DNA of 64,000 nt from Stegostoma tigrinum (Eukaryota). The notes beneath the pieces were generated by a model. The model had not been told where the DNA came from, did no database searches, and saw only the letters and a program-made list of their open reading frames with translations. The DNA lies in the NCBI RefSeq assembly GCF_030684315.1, contig NC_081385.1:12806606-12870605 (forward strand). The letters are read 5' to 3'. The translations under genes were made by a program, and so were the position numbers. Every line of letters starts with the position of its first letter. Positions within the stretch are counted from its first letter, which is position 1. Of this stretch, positions 39,990 to 52,519 are shown one piece after another.

Positions 39990-40880
39990 CACGCGTGACA
40001 TTTTTCCATAACCACCCTTGCCTGCCTTGTGGAGAGACCACTCTCTCCATGACACCCTTGTCCACTCCACACTCCCCTCCAACCCCACCACACTCGGCAC
40101 CTTCCCCTGCAACCGCAGGAAGTGCTACACTTGCCCCCACAACTCCTCCCCTCACCCCCATCCCAGGCCCCAACATGACTTTCCATATTAAGCAGATGTT
40201 AGCCTGCACATCTGCCACTGTGGTATACTGCATCCACTGTACTCTGTGTGGCTTCCTCTACATTGGGGAAACCAAGCGGAGGCTTGGGTACTGCTTTGCA
40301 GAACACCTCCCCTCGGTTTGCAATAAACAACTGCACCTCCCAGTTGTGAACCATTTTAACTCTCTCCTCCCATTCTTCAGATGATATGTCCATCCTGGGC
40401 CTCCTACAGTGCCATAATGATGCCACTCAAAGGTTGCAGGAACAGCAACTCATATTCCGCTTGGGAACCCTGCAGCCCAAGGGTATCAATGTGGACTTCA
40501 CAAGCTTCAAAATCTCCCCCTCCTCCACCGCATCCCAAAACCAGCCTAGCTTGTCCCCGCTTCCCTAACTTGTTCTTCCTCTCACCTATCCTCTCCACCT
40601 CAAGCCGCACCTCCATTTCTCACCTACCAACCTCATCCCCCTTCCTTGACCTGCCTCTCCTCCCTGGACTGACCTGTCCCCTCCTCATCCATACCCTCCT
40701 CTCCACCTATCTTCTCCTTTATCCATCTTCAATCTGCCTTCCCCCTCTCCCTATTTATTTCAGAACCCTCTTCCCCATCCCCCTCTCTGATTGAAGGGTT
40801 TAGGACCGAAACGTCAGCTTTTGTGCTCTTGAGATGCTGCTTGGCCTGCCGTGTTCATCTACCTTCACACTTTGTTCTCC
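39990..40880 (+). mobile_element. Penelope-like element (Neptune-type) 3' fragment: GIY-YIG endonuclease region plus terminus
   Basis: VVYCIHCTLCGFLYIGETKRRLG; same family as 55047-56614 but more diverged and frameshifted. Terminal hammerhead core is mutated (CTGATTGA..). Confidence 0.92.
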
Positions 40881-41439
40881 TGAATTCCCTGACTGGATTA
40901 GTGAAGGTGGAGCCTTTGTTCTGGGTGTGATGGTAATTAGACCATAAGGTTTCCTTGGTGATACACACCATCAACAAGCACCGCCAGAGGAATCCCACCT
41001 GCGCTCTGACTGGCTCCCTGCCAACCAGTCACTTGCGGACAATTCGTTTCGAGCCAATCAGAAGCAGAGGGATCGAGATGTGCTCTCCTGATAGGTGAAA
41101 CGTTGGTCCACTGAGGAAACAGCAAAAAGTAGGAAAGCCCGAAATTCAAAACATAAAGGTTTCCTCTAAACCTGAAGCAATTTCAAACCGCTCTGGCATC
41201 TCGCTGGTAATGTCCTTGCCTCTGGGAAAGAAGAACCTGCATTTAAGTCCTACCTTGTCCGGAGTTGGGTCACACGACCCTGAAGGGAATCATAGGGCGG
41301 GAGGATGCCATTCGGCCCGTCTCCTTCCCCCGTACTGGTGCTATCACCCGGTGCCAACCTCCTGCATTCCCCCCCCCCCACATCCCTTCAACACGTTTCT
41401 ATCCGAATAATGTCTCAGTAAATATTGACTCGGCAGTTC

Positions 41440-42420
41440 CAGACCCTAACTACTCGCTGTCTGAAAAATGCCGCTTCCCCCGCCCCACTTCCCCCTTACT
41501 TCATTTACCCATCGTTTATTTTAAGAAAAGAAACCGGTTGGTTAGAAAATGCACAAACAAATGTCACCGAAGATCATCCTTCATCGCGGAGGACGGCGCC
41601 GAGGTTCAGCCGTTTCGAGCCGAAGCGCCTCCGTTGCCCCGGCAACTCGTCGCGACCTTCGACCCGGAAGGTGTCTCCGCAAAAGAGGACCCTCCTCCCC
41701 GAGGGCAACGAACAAAACATCACCGTCGTCCCAGGAGGGATGAAAAAAAAGTATAAAACCCTTCGTGACGGACGATTAAAATCTTTTGTCTGAATGGTGA
41801 CCCCCCTCCCCCCGGTTTCAATTTTGTCGATGTAGCTCGTTGATCATTTCCAGCTTCCCCAAACCGACACCCCAAAGGTGAGTATATTTACAGGCCTCAG
41901 CAATAAATGTAAGATGCTGATGATGGATTTTTTCGTCATTCTTCGTGTTCTCGCCGGTGGAGGAGGAGCCGAGATTGATTTTGGATTTGCCCGGGTTAGC
42001 TGCGATGTTCAGTTCCGGAGGGAATGCGTTTGTCTGCGGGCTCCGCCGGAGCGGTGTGAGGGTGGCACCGACTTCCGGTCAGAGTGCGGGGACGATGCCA
42101 GAGGCCTGAAGGCTCCCGGGGGCCAGGCCAGGCCAGGCCGGGCCAGGCCAGGGAGCGAGAGAGAAGGAGAGCCCGGCAGGTAAAAGAAACCCGCCGGTCA
42201 GAGCCTCAGCGGACCCGGAGGGTAAAAGCTGCTCCTCAGCCCCACGTCTGGCCCGTTATTGAGGTGTTAAATGAAGCGCAGATTTACCCATTCCCCTGCA
42301 CAGTGATGTGGCGTCCAGGCCATTTGCGCCTATCGAGCCTGCTCGACGTTCCTCGCTTTCTCCCCTGCCCCACACCCCCACTACCCCTGACTCCCGAAAA
42401 ATCTGTCTTAGCCCCGACAT
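41440..42420. promoter_or_regulatory. CpG-island bidirectional promoter of PIH1D2 (-) and NKAPD1 (+)
   Basis: CpG-rich segment between divergent genes. X-box GTTGCCCCGGCAAC at 41633-41646, CCGGAAG at 41664-41670, ACTTCCGG at 42071-42078. + strand donors AAG|GTGAGT (41878) and CAG|GTAAAA (42180). Confidence 0.8.
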
Positions 42421-42609
42421 CCTTCCACCCTCCCACCACCAAATATCCCACACTCTTCCCTCTCCGGCAAAGAAACCCGGACTCCCCTAAAAATCTGCCT
42501 GAATCCAGCCTGATCCCCTCGTCACCCCAACTCTGTCAAAATCCGTTTACTCTGGCCCTGTCCCTCCAATAAATCGCCGACTCCCTAAAAACCTGTCTAA
42601 TTCAGCCCT

Positions 42610-42733
42610 CTTAGGAGCGTCTAGGCCCGAAACGTCAGCTTTTGTGCTCCTAAGATGCTGCTGGGCCTGCTGTGTTCATCCAACTCCACACTTTGTTATC
42701 TCGGATTCTCCAGCATCTGCAGTTCCCATTATC
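42610..42733 (+). mobile_element. 5'-truncated Penelope terminus with perfect 14-bp TSD
   Basis: GCGTCTAGGCCCGAAACGTCAGCTTTTGTG...CCCATTATC flanked by TCTAATTCAGCCCT at 42596-42609 and 42734-42747. Confidence 0.9.
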
Positions 42734-44856
42734 TCTAATTCAGCCCTGTTCGAAATGGTAACCAATCTCTGACAGAAAATCAGTCTTCCTCGTTACCACT
42801 TTAAATGTTAATTTCCGTATCTTGAATCTCTAAATCCTAGCTGTAGGATCCAATCTCTCACGTTTTCTTACCATCTATGCTGTCAAGCCCTTGGTGTCTG
42901 ATTGTATGGTACAGGTGTCTAGAAGAGACTAGGATATTTTTACAAAGAATAAAAGTTTTATAGGAAGGGTCTTTGTGGCACAGTGGTAGCGTCCCTAACT
43001 CAATTCCCACCTGCTCCAGATGTAGTATCTAAACATATCTGAATAAGTTGGTTAAAAATGTCTAAAATGTTTCAGGACAGTGACAAAGAGGTGAGAAAAT
43101 GGGATTAGCTCTGTTTCCTCTCATGCAAGGAATTCCAAATGACCTCTTCCTGAACCACAACCATTCTATAATTGTCACAGCATCCCCATATCTTTTTCAC
43201 TCTCCTTGTGACTGTAAATCCGTTGTTTTAAGCAAAAAAATCTCTTGTTGGACTGGTATATTTACTCCAGTCAAATTGCATAAAAGCATAAAATTCTACA
43301 AGAAAATTTCAAACAGCATCCAGGAAGAAAGTTTAATGATCTTAAATCAGAACATTACTGAACTACAGACAGACAAATAAGCAAACATTTTTCCCTATTG
43401 ATTCAGTAAGTGGAAGAGCTTCTTTTGTACATTGAAAGTAAAGTCTCTTCATGGCAAAAGCAAAATATTTTCAGTGTTGTAGTATTATAGATAACTCTGA
43501 GAAGGCAGCAAATGCTGGAAATACTCAGTAGGTTAGGCAGAATTTGCGGAGCGAGAAACACGCAACACTTCATCTGAACTAACAATTGTTAGAAATGTAT
43601 ATGTTTTAGGGAAGTTGAAGGGATGAATGGGAAGAACAAAGTGATGGTTGCCAGAAAGTTGAAATGACGACAGGTTTCATGGTTCACAAATCAAGGGGGA
43701 GTGGTAATGATACTCGTAAAGCTAAAATTGTCTATAAGTGTAAATGATAGGGCAGCAGTCACTTGGTCACAAAATAAAGGTGCACAAGAAAGGATCAAGA
43801 GGTGAAAGCTGAAATAGTGAAAATGCATATATACACATCAGGGCAGAGGATATTCCTTAAAATTGTTGTGCACAGTGTTGAGCTTCAATGGAAAAGCCTA
43901 AGGACACAAAAGTCACAGTGGAAACAAGATGGGAGAATTGAAATGACAAGTGTTAGGAAGCTCAGAATCATGCTTGAGGACTGAATGAAAATACATGCAA
44001 AGTATTCACCCAGTTTTAATGGCTTTTCACTTAGTAGCTAAGGACTAGATTTACTTATTGAACATCCACAGTTCGTGCATTGTTGCAAAGAGAGGAATGA
44101 TCAGTAGAAAATCAGAAATTATTTATTCAGTTTTCTAAACTGAAATAGAAATATCAACACTGCAATAAAAAAATCACATTTTAGTAATATCTTAAGTGGC
44201 CCTCTCCTAATAATATTTTTATTTTCTGGGTGAGGATTATTTTTAAATTATTCATGTTTTAGTTGGCACAAACTCTCTAAAGTTTCCACTAATCTTCACA
44301 AGCCAAATGAATACTAATCTAATCTAGTCTTCAGAAGGATCCACTAAAGAGCAGCAGGCATGATTATTTGTTTGAATTGTGTAAACTCTCAAGACAAAAG
44401 TCTGAGACCCTGTAAATTCTGCTTTTTAGTCCGTTATGTTAGATAAATGTTTCAGATATTTTCAGAGGCCAGAGGTATGCTTGTATTTTGGGGCTATTTC
44501 CTCCAGGTTTTCTCAACTCTCTCCTGTTCTGAAGGCAGCGATTGTTCCATAGGTTATGGCAACAGGATTTTCAAGCAGCATTCAACCATTCCTTTCCATG
44601 CGCAATTCTAGTATGTGGATGGTCAGTGAAATACTTGGCCATATAATACCACAGACAAGACTATTGTCTTCAACCTGCAAATTATTCCAGTAACGGTTGC
44701 TGGGTAGCGCAGTGATCAAGGTTCTTGGTTTTTCTCTCTCATTTAGCTTGCATTAAAGAAAAATCGCAAAGATTGTGGAAAGCAATTTGTAGCTCCTCTA
44801 CTGTGATTTAGGCTGAAACTTAGATTTTTTTTTCTTTATTTAGCAGAACAGCCACA

Positions 44857-44925
44857 ATGGCTCGAATTCCTGTGGGCAAAGTTCTTCTACGAAACGTCAT
44901 TCGTCACACAGATGCACACAACAAG
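44857..44925 (+). CDS. NKAPD1: NKAPD1 first coding exon
   Basis: Kozak-like GCCACAATGG; [23 protein letters not shown]|gtaaat. Confidence 0.95.
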
Positions 44926-45348
44926 GTAAATTTGCTCCATTTAAGTTTGTAAATTCAAGTTAAGAATGTTTCAGTGTGACAATGCTCACACAAAAGAATC
45001 TTCCAGTTGGATAATAATCTTACTGCATTATGTAGACTATGGATCTGTAATGTCATGTTTAATCATTTTAGTTTATAGTTTTATATTTAGTAACATTGCA
45101 ATATACCATGGAGTAGGTAACTAAACATTATAATTTTTAGAATTAATTTTTAAATGCGTATTCATATTGTCACAACTGCAGGATATCTCATGTTTAATTG
45201 GAATTTCTTAAGGATCTCTTACTTCCGTTTGTTTTTATGCTGCCACCAACAAAACGTGCATGTGCATGACACTTTTTAGTTAGGTATCCCAAGATGCTTC
45301 ATAGGAGCAGTATAAAGCAAAATTTGACATTAGGAATGTAGGGTGATA

Positions 45349-46654
45349 CATTCAGTTCTGCTATAACACATGTTGTAGCAATGCACGTTGGCTATAATGC
45401 AACTAACGAAGAGGTGAATGCTATTTCTAAAACACGTACTTGTCTTGGCTGTAATGTGATTCCATCAGTGCTGCTCATCCTGGATAATGTGCCAAGCCAT
45501 CCTCCCACCATTGGTGAACTTACTGAAAACATCAAAGTGCTACTTCTACCCCCAAACACAGCCTGTCTCCTTCAACCCATGGACCAGGGTGCAGTAGCAC
45601 CTTTTCAAGCTTATTATTTAAGGCGCTCATTTAAGAGGCTGATTGCAGCCACTGAGGGAGATAATGACAATTCTTCAATTTTGAAAGACCATTACCATCA
45701 AAAATACAATTCACATCAACATGGAGGCCAGGGATGATGTCAGTAAGGACTGCTTGCATGCAGTTTGAGGGAAATTTCTCCCAGACATTTTTCAAGATTT
45801 TAAATCAAGATTTTGCTGAGTCAGAGGAGCTCCCAAGAATCAAAGAACATTGTGTTGCTCTTGCAAAACAAGTTGGATTTGAAGAAGTGGAGAGTGAGGA
45901 TATTGAAGAGTTCCTTGACTCCCACGGTGAAAACCTCTCTCCAGCTGATTTACAACAACTTGTCGCTGAGCGAGAAGTGGAAGCTAGAAATGAAGTAGAA
46001 GTAGTCCAGGATGCAGAACCACGAGAGCTTTCCACTTCTGTTTTGTCCTCTATCCTGAGGGAAATTGAGAAGCAGTTGCAACTCTTAGAGGACAAAGATT
46101 ACAAAGTAGAATGGAGCAGGGTAGCAGTTTGTGGAATAAGATCTTATTTGGCACCCTATGAACAACTTTTTCATGAAACAAGAAAATGGGCAAGGCAGCA
46201 AAACATGGATTTTCTTTTTTAAGCCAACCCTCAAGAAACAGCCAGAAGACAATGAACCACAGCCATCTGCTTCTGGATTAACGATTTTTCACCCTCACCC
46301 TGCAACCATAACTGTGCCTTAAGGTGATGATGATGATGATGATGATGATGACGACCGTCGGCCCCTGCATTGACAGCAGACCAACCTCAAAATCTCCTCC
46401 CCCAACAAGTCATCTTGACATTTTTTTTCAAGGTAAGGTGTTAAATTTATGTTTATTTCATTATTAGATATGAATTTAAAAATTATTCAAACTGTGCTAT
46501 CCTTTGTTCAAGGCTTCTGAGTGATTTTGAATGTTATTTGGTGGTCTGCTCCTACCCCTGCTTTTCCCATAGGTCCTGTTATTTTTATAGTGCAATTTTC
46601 TATAACACAATGTTTTGCACGAGCGCAACTATCGCAGTTTAGCAGAACCGACTG
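45349..46654 (+). mobile_element. pogo/Tigger-type DNA transposon, internally deleted
   Basis: TA TSDs at 45347-48 and 46655-56. Imperfect TIRs CATTCAGTTCTGCTA / TAGCAGAACCGACTG. DDE_1 fragment LLILDNVPSHP...LLPPNTACLLQPMDQG; the N-terminal HTH is missing and the ORF is frameshifted. Confidence 0.9.
46324..46353 (+). repeat. (GAT)n microsatellite
   Basis: About 9 tandem TGA/GAT units within the transposon. Confidence 0.9.
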
Positions 46655-47426
46655 TACTAGGCCAAATGACCATAAATTTGGTCAGAGAGTAGGTTTAACG
46701 GAAATCTAAAATGACTAAAAGAGAGGTAAGAGGTTCAAAGGTCAGAGTTTTAGAGATGATGACCTATGTTGGAGAAGTTACAGTTGGGGTATGCAGGAAG
46801 TCCGAATTGGAGGAGCAAACGTTGTTCAGACAGGTGTAGGACTGGAAGGGTTTACAGATGTGGAGAGCTGAGGCCACAAAGGGCTTTAAAAACCAGGTTG
46901 AGAATTTTTAAAATCACTGCTCAATTTGAGAGTCATTAGAAGTTAATGTGCGCAGGGGCGATGAGTGAATGGAGCTTTCTGAGAGTTAAGATATGTCTGA
47001 CAGAGTTTAGAATGATCACAAGTTTATGGAGGGTATAAGATTTGAGGTTGGGCGGGAATGTATTGGAATCATTGTGAAGGAGTGAACATTGTCATTAGAT
47101 ATAAATTGTGGATGGGTTATGAATGCATTTTCATGTAGTGGTTCAGTAAATGAGCATTAACTAATGATTTTAATTGGAGTTACTCAATGCATTTCTGGAC
47201 TGTGCGATTATTGGCAAATAAGGAAAGTATAAACCATGTTTTGAAATTTTGAAGTACATCATGGAGTTGCAGCATATAGACAGGACATGCTGGAAACACT
47301 AAAAGGTCACTGACCTGAAACATGAACTTTGTTTCTGACTTCACGAATGATGCTTGACCTGTTGAGTGTTATCAGAATTTATCATTTTTATTTCAATTTA
47401 CAGCACGTGGAGTAGGGGGCAGAATC

Positions 47427-47727
47427 GGGTGGCACGGTGACTCAGTGGTTAGCACTGCAGCCTCACAGCACCAGTGACCTGGGTTCGATTCCAGCCTCGG
47501 GCAACTGTCTGTGTGGAGTTTGCACATTCTTCCTGTGCCTGTGAGGGTTTTCTCCGGGTGCTCCGGTTTCCTCCCACAGTCCAAAGATGTGCAGGCTAGG
47601 TAGATTGGCCATGCTAAATTGCCCGTAGTGTTCAGGGTTGTAGGGGGATGGGTCTGGGTGGGATGCTCTGGTGGGCGGTGTGGAGTTGTTGGGCCAGGGT
47701 GCCTGTTTTCACACTGTAGGGAATCTA
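47427..47727 (+). mobile_element. HE1-type SINE
   Basis: GGGTGGCACGGTGACTCAGTGGTTAGCACTGCAGCCTCACAG..GGGTTCGATTCC...CACTGTAGGGAATCTA. Confidence 0.92.
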
Positions 47728-48121
47728 CTAAAAAAAAGAAATCAGATGCCCAGTGGATTTGATTACTTCCAGTGAGAGAAGTGACCCAGAAAGGTTAGCC
47801 TCCATTATTAGATATAACAGTGATCTTTTTCTCACTGTAGAAGAACCAAAATGTTACAAAAATTCAGTTGCTATATTTCCCTATCTTTGCTCCATTTGTT
47901 CTCTGTCTGCAGCCTCAGACAATTTTGCTTATTTTATCCTACCCTAGCTGGATAAAAAGTTCCATAATTCTAAACACGATTCAACTCAAGAATTTCTGAT
48001 CCAGAGCCTAGAATTTTGCAGTTTGAGCTATTGACCTAGTCAGTTAGCTGACTCATTTTAGTCGACTCAGCAGAATGCCATTTTTTTTTCCTTAAATCTC
48101 TTCTGACTTTCGTTTTTGCAG

Positions 48122-48225
48122 ATTCAAGAAGAGTCAGAGATGTGGAAAATTAGAGAAAAAGAGAAGCAAACACGTGAGATGAGACTTTTCCAGCGAAGAA
48201 GGAAATCCTGTGAGAGTTTGCCGGG
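48122..48225 (+). CDS. NKAPD1: NKAPD1 coding exon 2
   Basis: cag|IQEESEMWKIREKEKQTREMRLFQRRRKSCESLP(G)|gtaagt. Confidence 0.95.
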
Positions 48226-48558
48226 GTAAGTATCTAATCCTGTTCTTTTGAAGAAACAGGTGCTGAGGATAAAATTAAGTTCCTTTCCTCCTTAGAGAAG
48301 CTGACCTGTAATTGTAAGTGAGATACACAAGTCCTCAAAATCCACCTTTCATTGTATGTTTTTGAGAGATTTTTAACAGTGGCATACACTGATTTTATTT
48401 TTTAAAAATGCATTTGAATTTAATGGTTTTTATTCCTGTCAGTATACTGGATGTGGAAGCTCACGACTACTTGTTCATAAATCAAAGTTCAAAGGGTTAG
48501 GAATGGAGGTCTTCCATTGAGATCTGGGGAATTTAGCGATGAGCAAGGTTCTTTACGG

Positions 48559-48790
48559 CAAAAACAGAAAGCCCTGTAGAAGCTCATCAGGTCTGGCAGC
48601 ATCTACGGAGAGACAGAACCAGTGTTAACAAGTGTTAACATTTCAAATCCAATGACCCCTTGTCAGAACGTCTGGGCTCAATATGTTAACTCTGTTTCTC
48701 TCTCTACAGATGCTGTCAGACCTGCTGAGCTTCTACAGGGCTTTCTGTTTTTGTTTCAGATTTCCAGCATCTGCAGTTCTTTGTTCTTAT
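48559..48790. mobile_element. Fold-back Penelope-derived mini-element (second family)
   Basis: Arms 48559-48630 and 48684-48753 are reverse complements; tail CAGATTTCCAGCATCTGCAGTTCTTTG. Confidence 0.8.
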
Positions 48791-49234
48791 CCTTACAAAC
48801 AAGGCTGATCTGAGTAAGGGCATCACATCCTGTGGGGCAAAGAAGGAGGCCAACTGGTCCCAATCTCTGCTGATTTAGTTGAACTTCTCTTGGGACGGAG
48901 TTGGACTGCGTCAGTCATACCCAATAGACTGGGTGAGGAAGCATCTTCTTCATCACCATCTCTTGACACTATTTTTAAAAAAAAGTAGTAAAGGCAGTTA
49001 AGTAAGGATACAGGAAAATGTTCAACTACAGTGCTGTGCACAGTTAATTATCTTGTTAATGCACACTAACAGGTCATACCCTTTAACCTGCTTGGTCACA
49101 GGGTAGTATTGGCAAAGATATTGTTACCACATCTACTTCTTTGAATATTAAAATTGAATGTCTGGGAAGCATAAACAAAAGGTTGAAATAAAAGCGAGTT
49201 ATGTCCTTACTAAAACAATGCTGATCTGAACCAG

Positions 49235-49393
49235 CAATAGAATGCGCTGTGATGGGTACGATGAAGAGGATGAGGAGAAAGAGAGAAAAGCAAACTCTGC
49301 TGCTCGTAAGCCATTGACCACTCCACAAGATGAGCGTGAAACAAGATACTGGACAAAGAAGCTGTATGAGTTTGAAGCAAGTGATCCGAACAG
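49235..49393 (+). CDS. NKAPD1: NKAPD1 coding exon 3
   Basis: cag|..NRMRCDGYDEED...YWTKKLYEFEASDPN(R)|gtatgc. An alternative in-frame acceptor would start the exon at 49241. Confidence 0.9.
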
Positions 49394-50794
49394 GTATGCT
49401 TCTTCACATCTTTTCTTAACTGACAGGAGCAGCTGTGTTTTTTAGGTGAAGTTGTGAAACAGAAGTTAGTTTGAATTTTGTTGTAGCAGATTACATTTAT
49501 TCATCTCTTTTTAGAAGAAAAGTCTGATTCTGGTAGTTGAAATTTGCTTTTTCTGTTCCAAAGGTTGACTTAAAGATAGTTGGAAATAGTTGACTTTGAA
49601 TTAAGAGATGACAAATGTATTTTAGGTAAATATGCCTGAAATATTTATCTGATTGTTATAGAATTTTTGTGTTAAAAATGAGCATGCTACAAGTTGAAAG
49701 CAAAAACAGGCAGAAGTGGTGGCCAAGGGTCGATATTGGATCACGGCTTTTGTCCTTGGATTTCACTTGAACCATAGCCACTTTGTAAATTTCTTTTCCC
49801 TTATGCATAACTATTCCTAAATTGGAGACCAGCTTTCAAGCTAATATTCTTGAGTGTTCTGCCTTTTAATGATATCCTTCCTATAAATTTGCTTTATATT
49901 CAATTTTGGGAGGCATTATTAGAAAAGGTATGTTTCTCAGAAGTGTACTATCATAATTTAATGGTGGAGCAGACTTGATGTGCTCAATGCCCTAATCCTG
50001 TGTCTATATCTTATGGTCTTATGAAGTACCTGTAGGGAAAAGAACAAGTTATGCTTCGATTAATTATTATCATTGCTGGTCGAGTAAGTTGGTGATCTTT
50101 TTCACAGTTTCCAAATCAAGTACTGGCAATTGCTGACAATTTTAACTGATTGATCAGTTTTTGTGTACAATTGATTTGTTCTAGACAACTCTCTTTGAAA
50201 ACAGCTGTTTCATTTACAGAACATTATGTAGATATTCTCAGCATCAGCTTTGCTACAGTCAAAAATATTTGTTTTCCATGAATTATACAAGATGCAGACC
50301 ATGTTAATCTGGTGAGACAGCCTAAAGGGCTAGTCACATTGTTGAAAATTATTACTGCGCCAGACCATTTGATAAAATCAGATTGGCAGCTTGATAGCAA
50401 GACAACTCGGCAAACCTGAGGTAATTTATCTCTGTGTTCCTCAAGTAGTAAACAGTGCGTTTTGGGCTGCCAGTGGGCACAGAAAAAGCTGAACCATTTC
50501 TTTTGTGGAAGAAAGGGCAAGTCTTGTCAATGAGTCATTGTGAGCCTGTTCTTAGTGGCTGATTACAGAACAGCGACATCTCTGGGATGGGGCCGTTCAC
50601 TGAATTGCCACCTTGGACAGGAGAAGGCAGAAATGGGTGTAAAAAATGAAGTCAATTGTGTATCGCCTCAGCTTCACAAATCACTGAATTGTATACCAAT
50701 CCTTCAGGAAATGCTGAACGAAACTGTGAAATTTTTTCTCCCTAGAGTCATTCCACTTTTGTGCTGAGGTGGCTGTCACTTTTGCTACTCACCT

Positions 50795-51612
50795 AAGGTC
50801 ATAGAGTTATGCAACACAGAAATGGACCCTTTGGTCCAACCTGTCCATACTAACCAGAACAGTAAATGGTCTAGTCCCATTTACCAATATTTCATCCATA
50901 ACCCTCTTAAACCCTTCCTATTCATATACCCATCCAGATGCCTTTTAAATGTCATAATTTGGTACCCTTCTCCACCACTTCCCCTCACAGCTTGTTCCAT
51001 TCATGCACCGCCCTCTGTGTGAGTAAGTTGCTCTTCGGGTCCCTTTTAAATCTTTCCCCTCTCAACTATGCCCACTAGTTTTAGACTCCCCTAGACTGAG
51101 AAAAATACCTTGGTTATTCACCCTATCCATGCCCTGCTAATTTTACATCACCCCTCAGCTTCCAGTGCTCCAGGGACAAAAGTCCCAGCCAATTCAGTCC
51201 ATTCCTTTGGCTCAAACCTTCCAATCCGGTAGCATCCTTGTAAATCTTTTCTGCACCCTTTCAAGTTTAACAACATCTTTCCTACAGCAAGGAGACTAAA
51301 ATTGAAGAGAAGAAAACGGAAGTTGCTGGATAGGCACAGAGTTAACTCTCATTTCTCTCCATAGATGCTGCCAGACTGGCTTGGCTTATCCAGCACCTTG
51401 TGTTTTTGTCTCTGATTTACAGAATCCACAGTTCATTTGGTTTTTACCGACCAGAATTGAATGCAGTATTCTAAAATTAGCCTCACCAATGTTACGTAGC
51501 ACCAAAACATGATATCCCAATTCTGATACTCAATCATTGACCAAAGGCAAGCATACTAAATGCCTTCTTTACCATCCTGTCTACCTGCAACTCCACTTTC
51601 AAGGAACTATGA
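50795..51612 (-). mobile_element. CR1/HER1 LINE 3' fragment interrupted by a Penelope mini-element (51307-51448)
   Basis: Reverse CR1 tail (GTCATAGAG..ACAGAAA.GGACCCTT.GGTCCAAC). The insertion is flanked by GACTAAAATTGAA / GACCAGAATTGAA. Confidence 0.8.
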
Positions 51613-52356
51613 TGGCAGAAGTTTAGTAACTTGACAAAACACAATAAGAGACAGGTTGCGTGTGCTAGATAAGATGATGTCCCCTGTTCTGGTTATTGTT
51701 AATCATTAAGGCTGATAGTGAGAAGAAGCTAGGTCTTCCATTTGCTGAAAGAATTACTGGAACCTAGAGGAGCATTCAGACATCTAAGCTCTTTTAGTGT
51801 ACTACTCAAGAACTTGCCTGATTAGTATTGATGTAGGTCTAGGAGAGGGTAGGTTTCCTTCTTTACTAACAATAGGACAGTGCATGCATTACAAGAGGAT
51901 AGACGTTATGAGGCTTCAGTAAAATAAAGTTTGGAATTTTAAATTTGCACACGCACAATTATAATGCGGGGGAGTCTGTTAGCTCAGTAAACCGTGTAAC
52001 CACTTAGCCAAAGCCTCTGGGGTCTTGGGACTCTGCCAGTTCTCTGAGATAAGGCACAGTAGTTAGATGTATTGTGGAAAGAAATTGCACTGGAAAAGTG
52101 TTTGATCTTACTCGAGTATCGGTGTACAATGAAGAGATTTGAGTGATCGAGTGCGTGTAAAATATTGCTTCATGGAAATATCATTCATTCAATATTTTTT
52201 GCTTTAATAGCAGGCCAGGTAGCACCAGATGGGCAGGAAAGCTGACATTTCGGGTCGGGACCCTTCTTCAGAAATAGCTATCTGTATTAAGATTATTTGT
52301 TTCTTTTTATTTTAAGTCATGTATTTATACTGACACATATGGTTTTGTTTATTCAG

Positions 52357-52410
52357 GTGGGGCCACAGTGGCTACAAAGAGCTTTATCCAGAGGAATTTG
52401 AATCTGAGAG
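52357..52410 (+). CDS. NKAPD1: NKAPD1 coding exon 4
   Basis: cag|..WGHSGYKELYPEEFESE(S)|gtaatt. Confidence 0.96.
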
Positions 52411-52519
52411 GTAATTTTAAAAAGAGGCTCAGCATGGTTGTAAGTGCAGAGACCTACTGTAAATCTAACATGAAAAGAATATTGGGGACAACTAAGAAAG
52501 ACTTGAATATATCTATAGT

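Noticed and set aside
41210-42572. Several 100-160 aa ORFs in the bidirectional promoter
   Set aside because: GC-rich, low stop-codon density and no recognisable domain.
48039-48054. Short palindrome AGTCAGTTAGCTGACT upstream of an NKAPD1 exon
   Set aside because: Too short to distinguish from chance in 64 kb.
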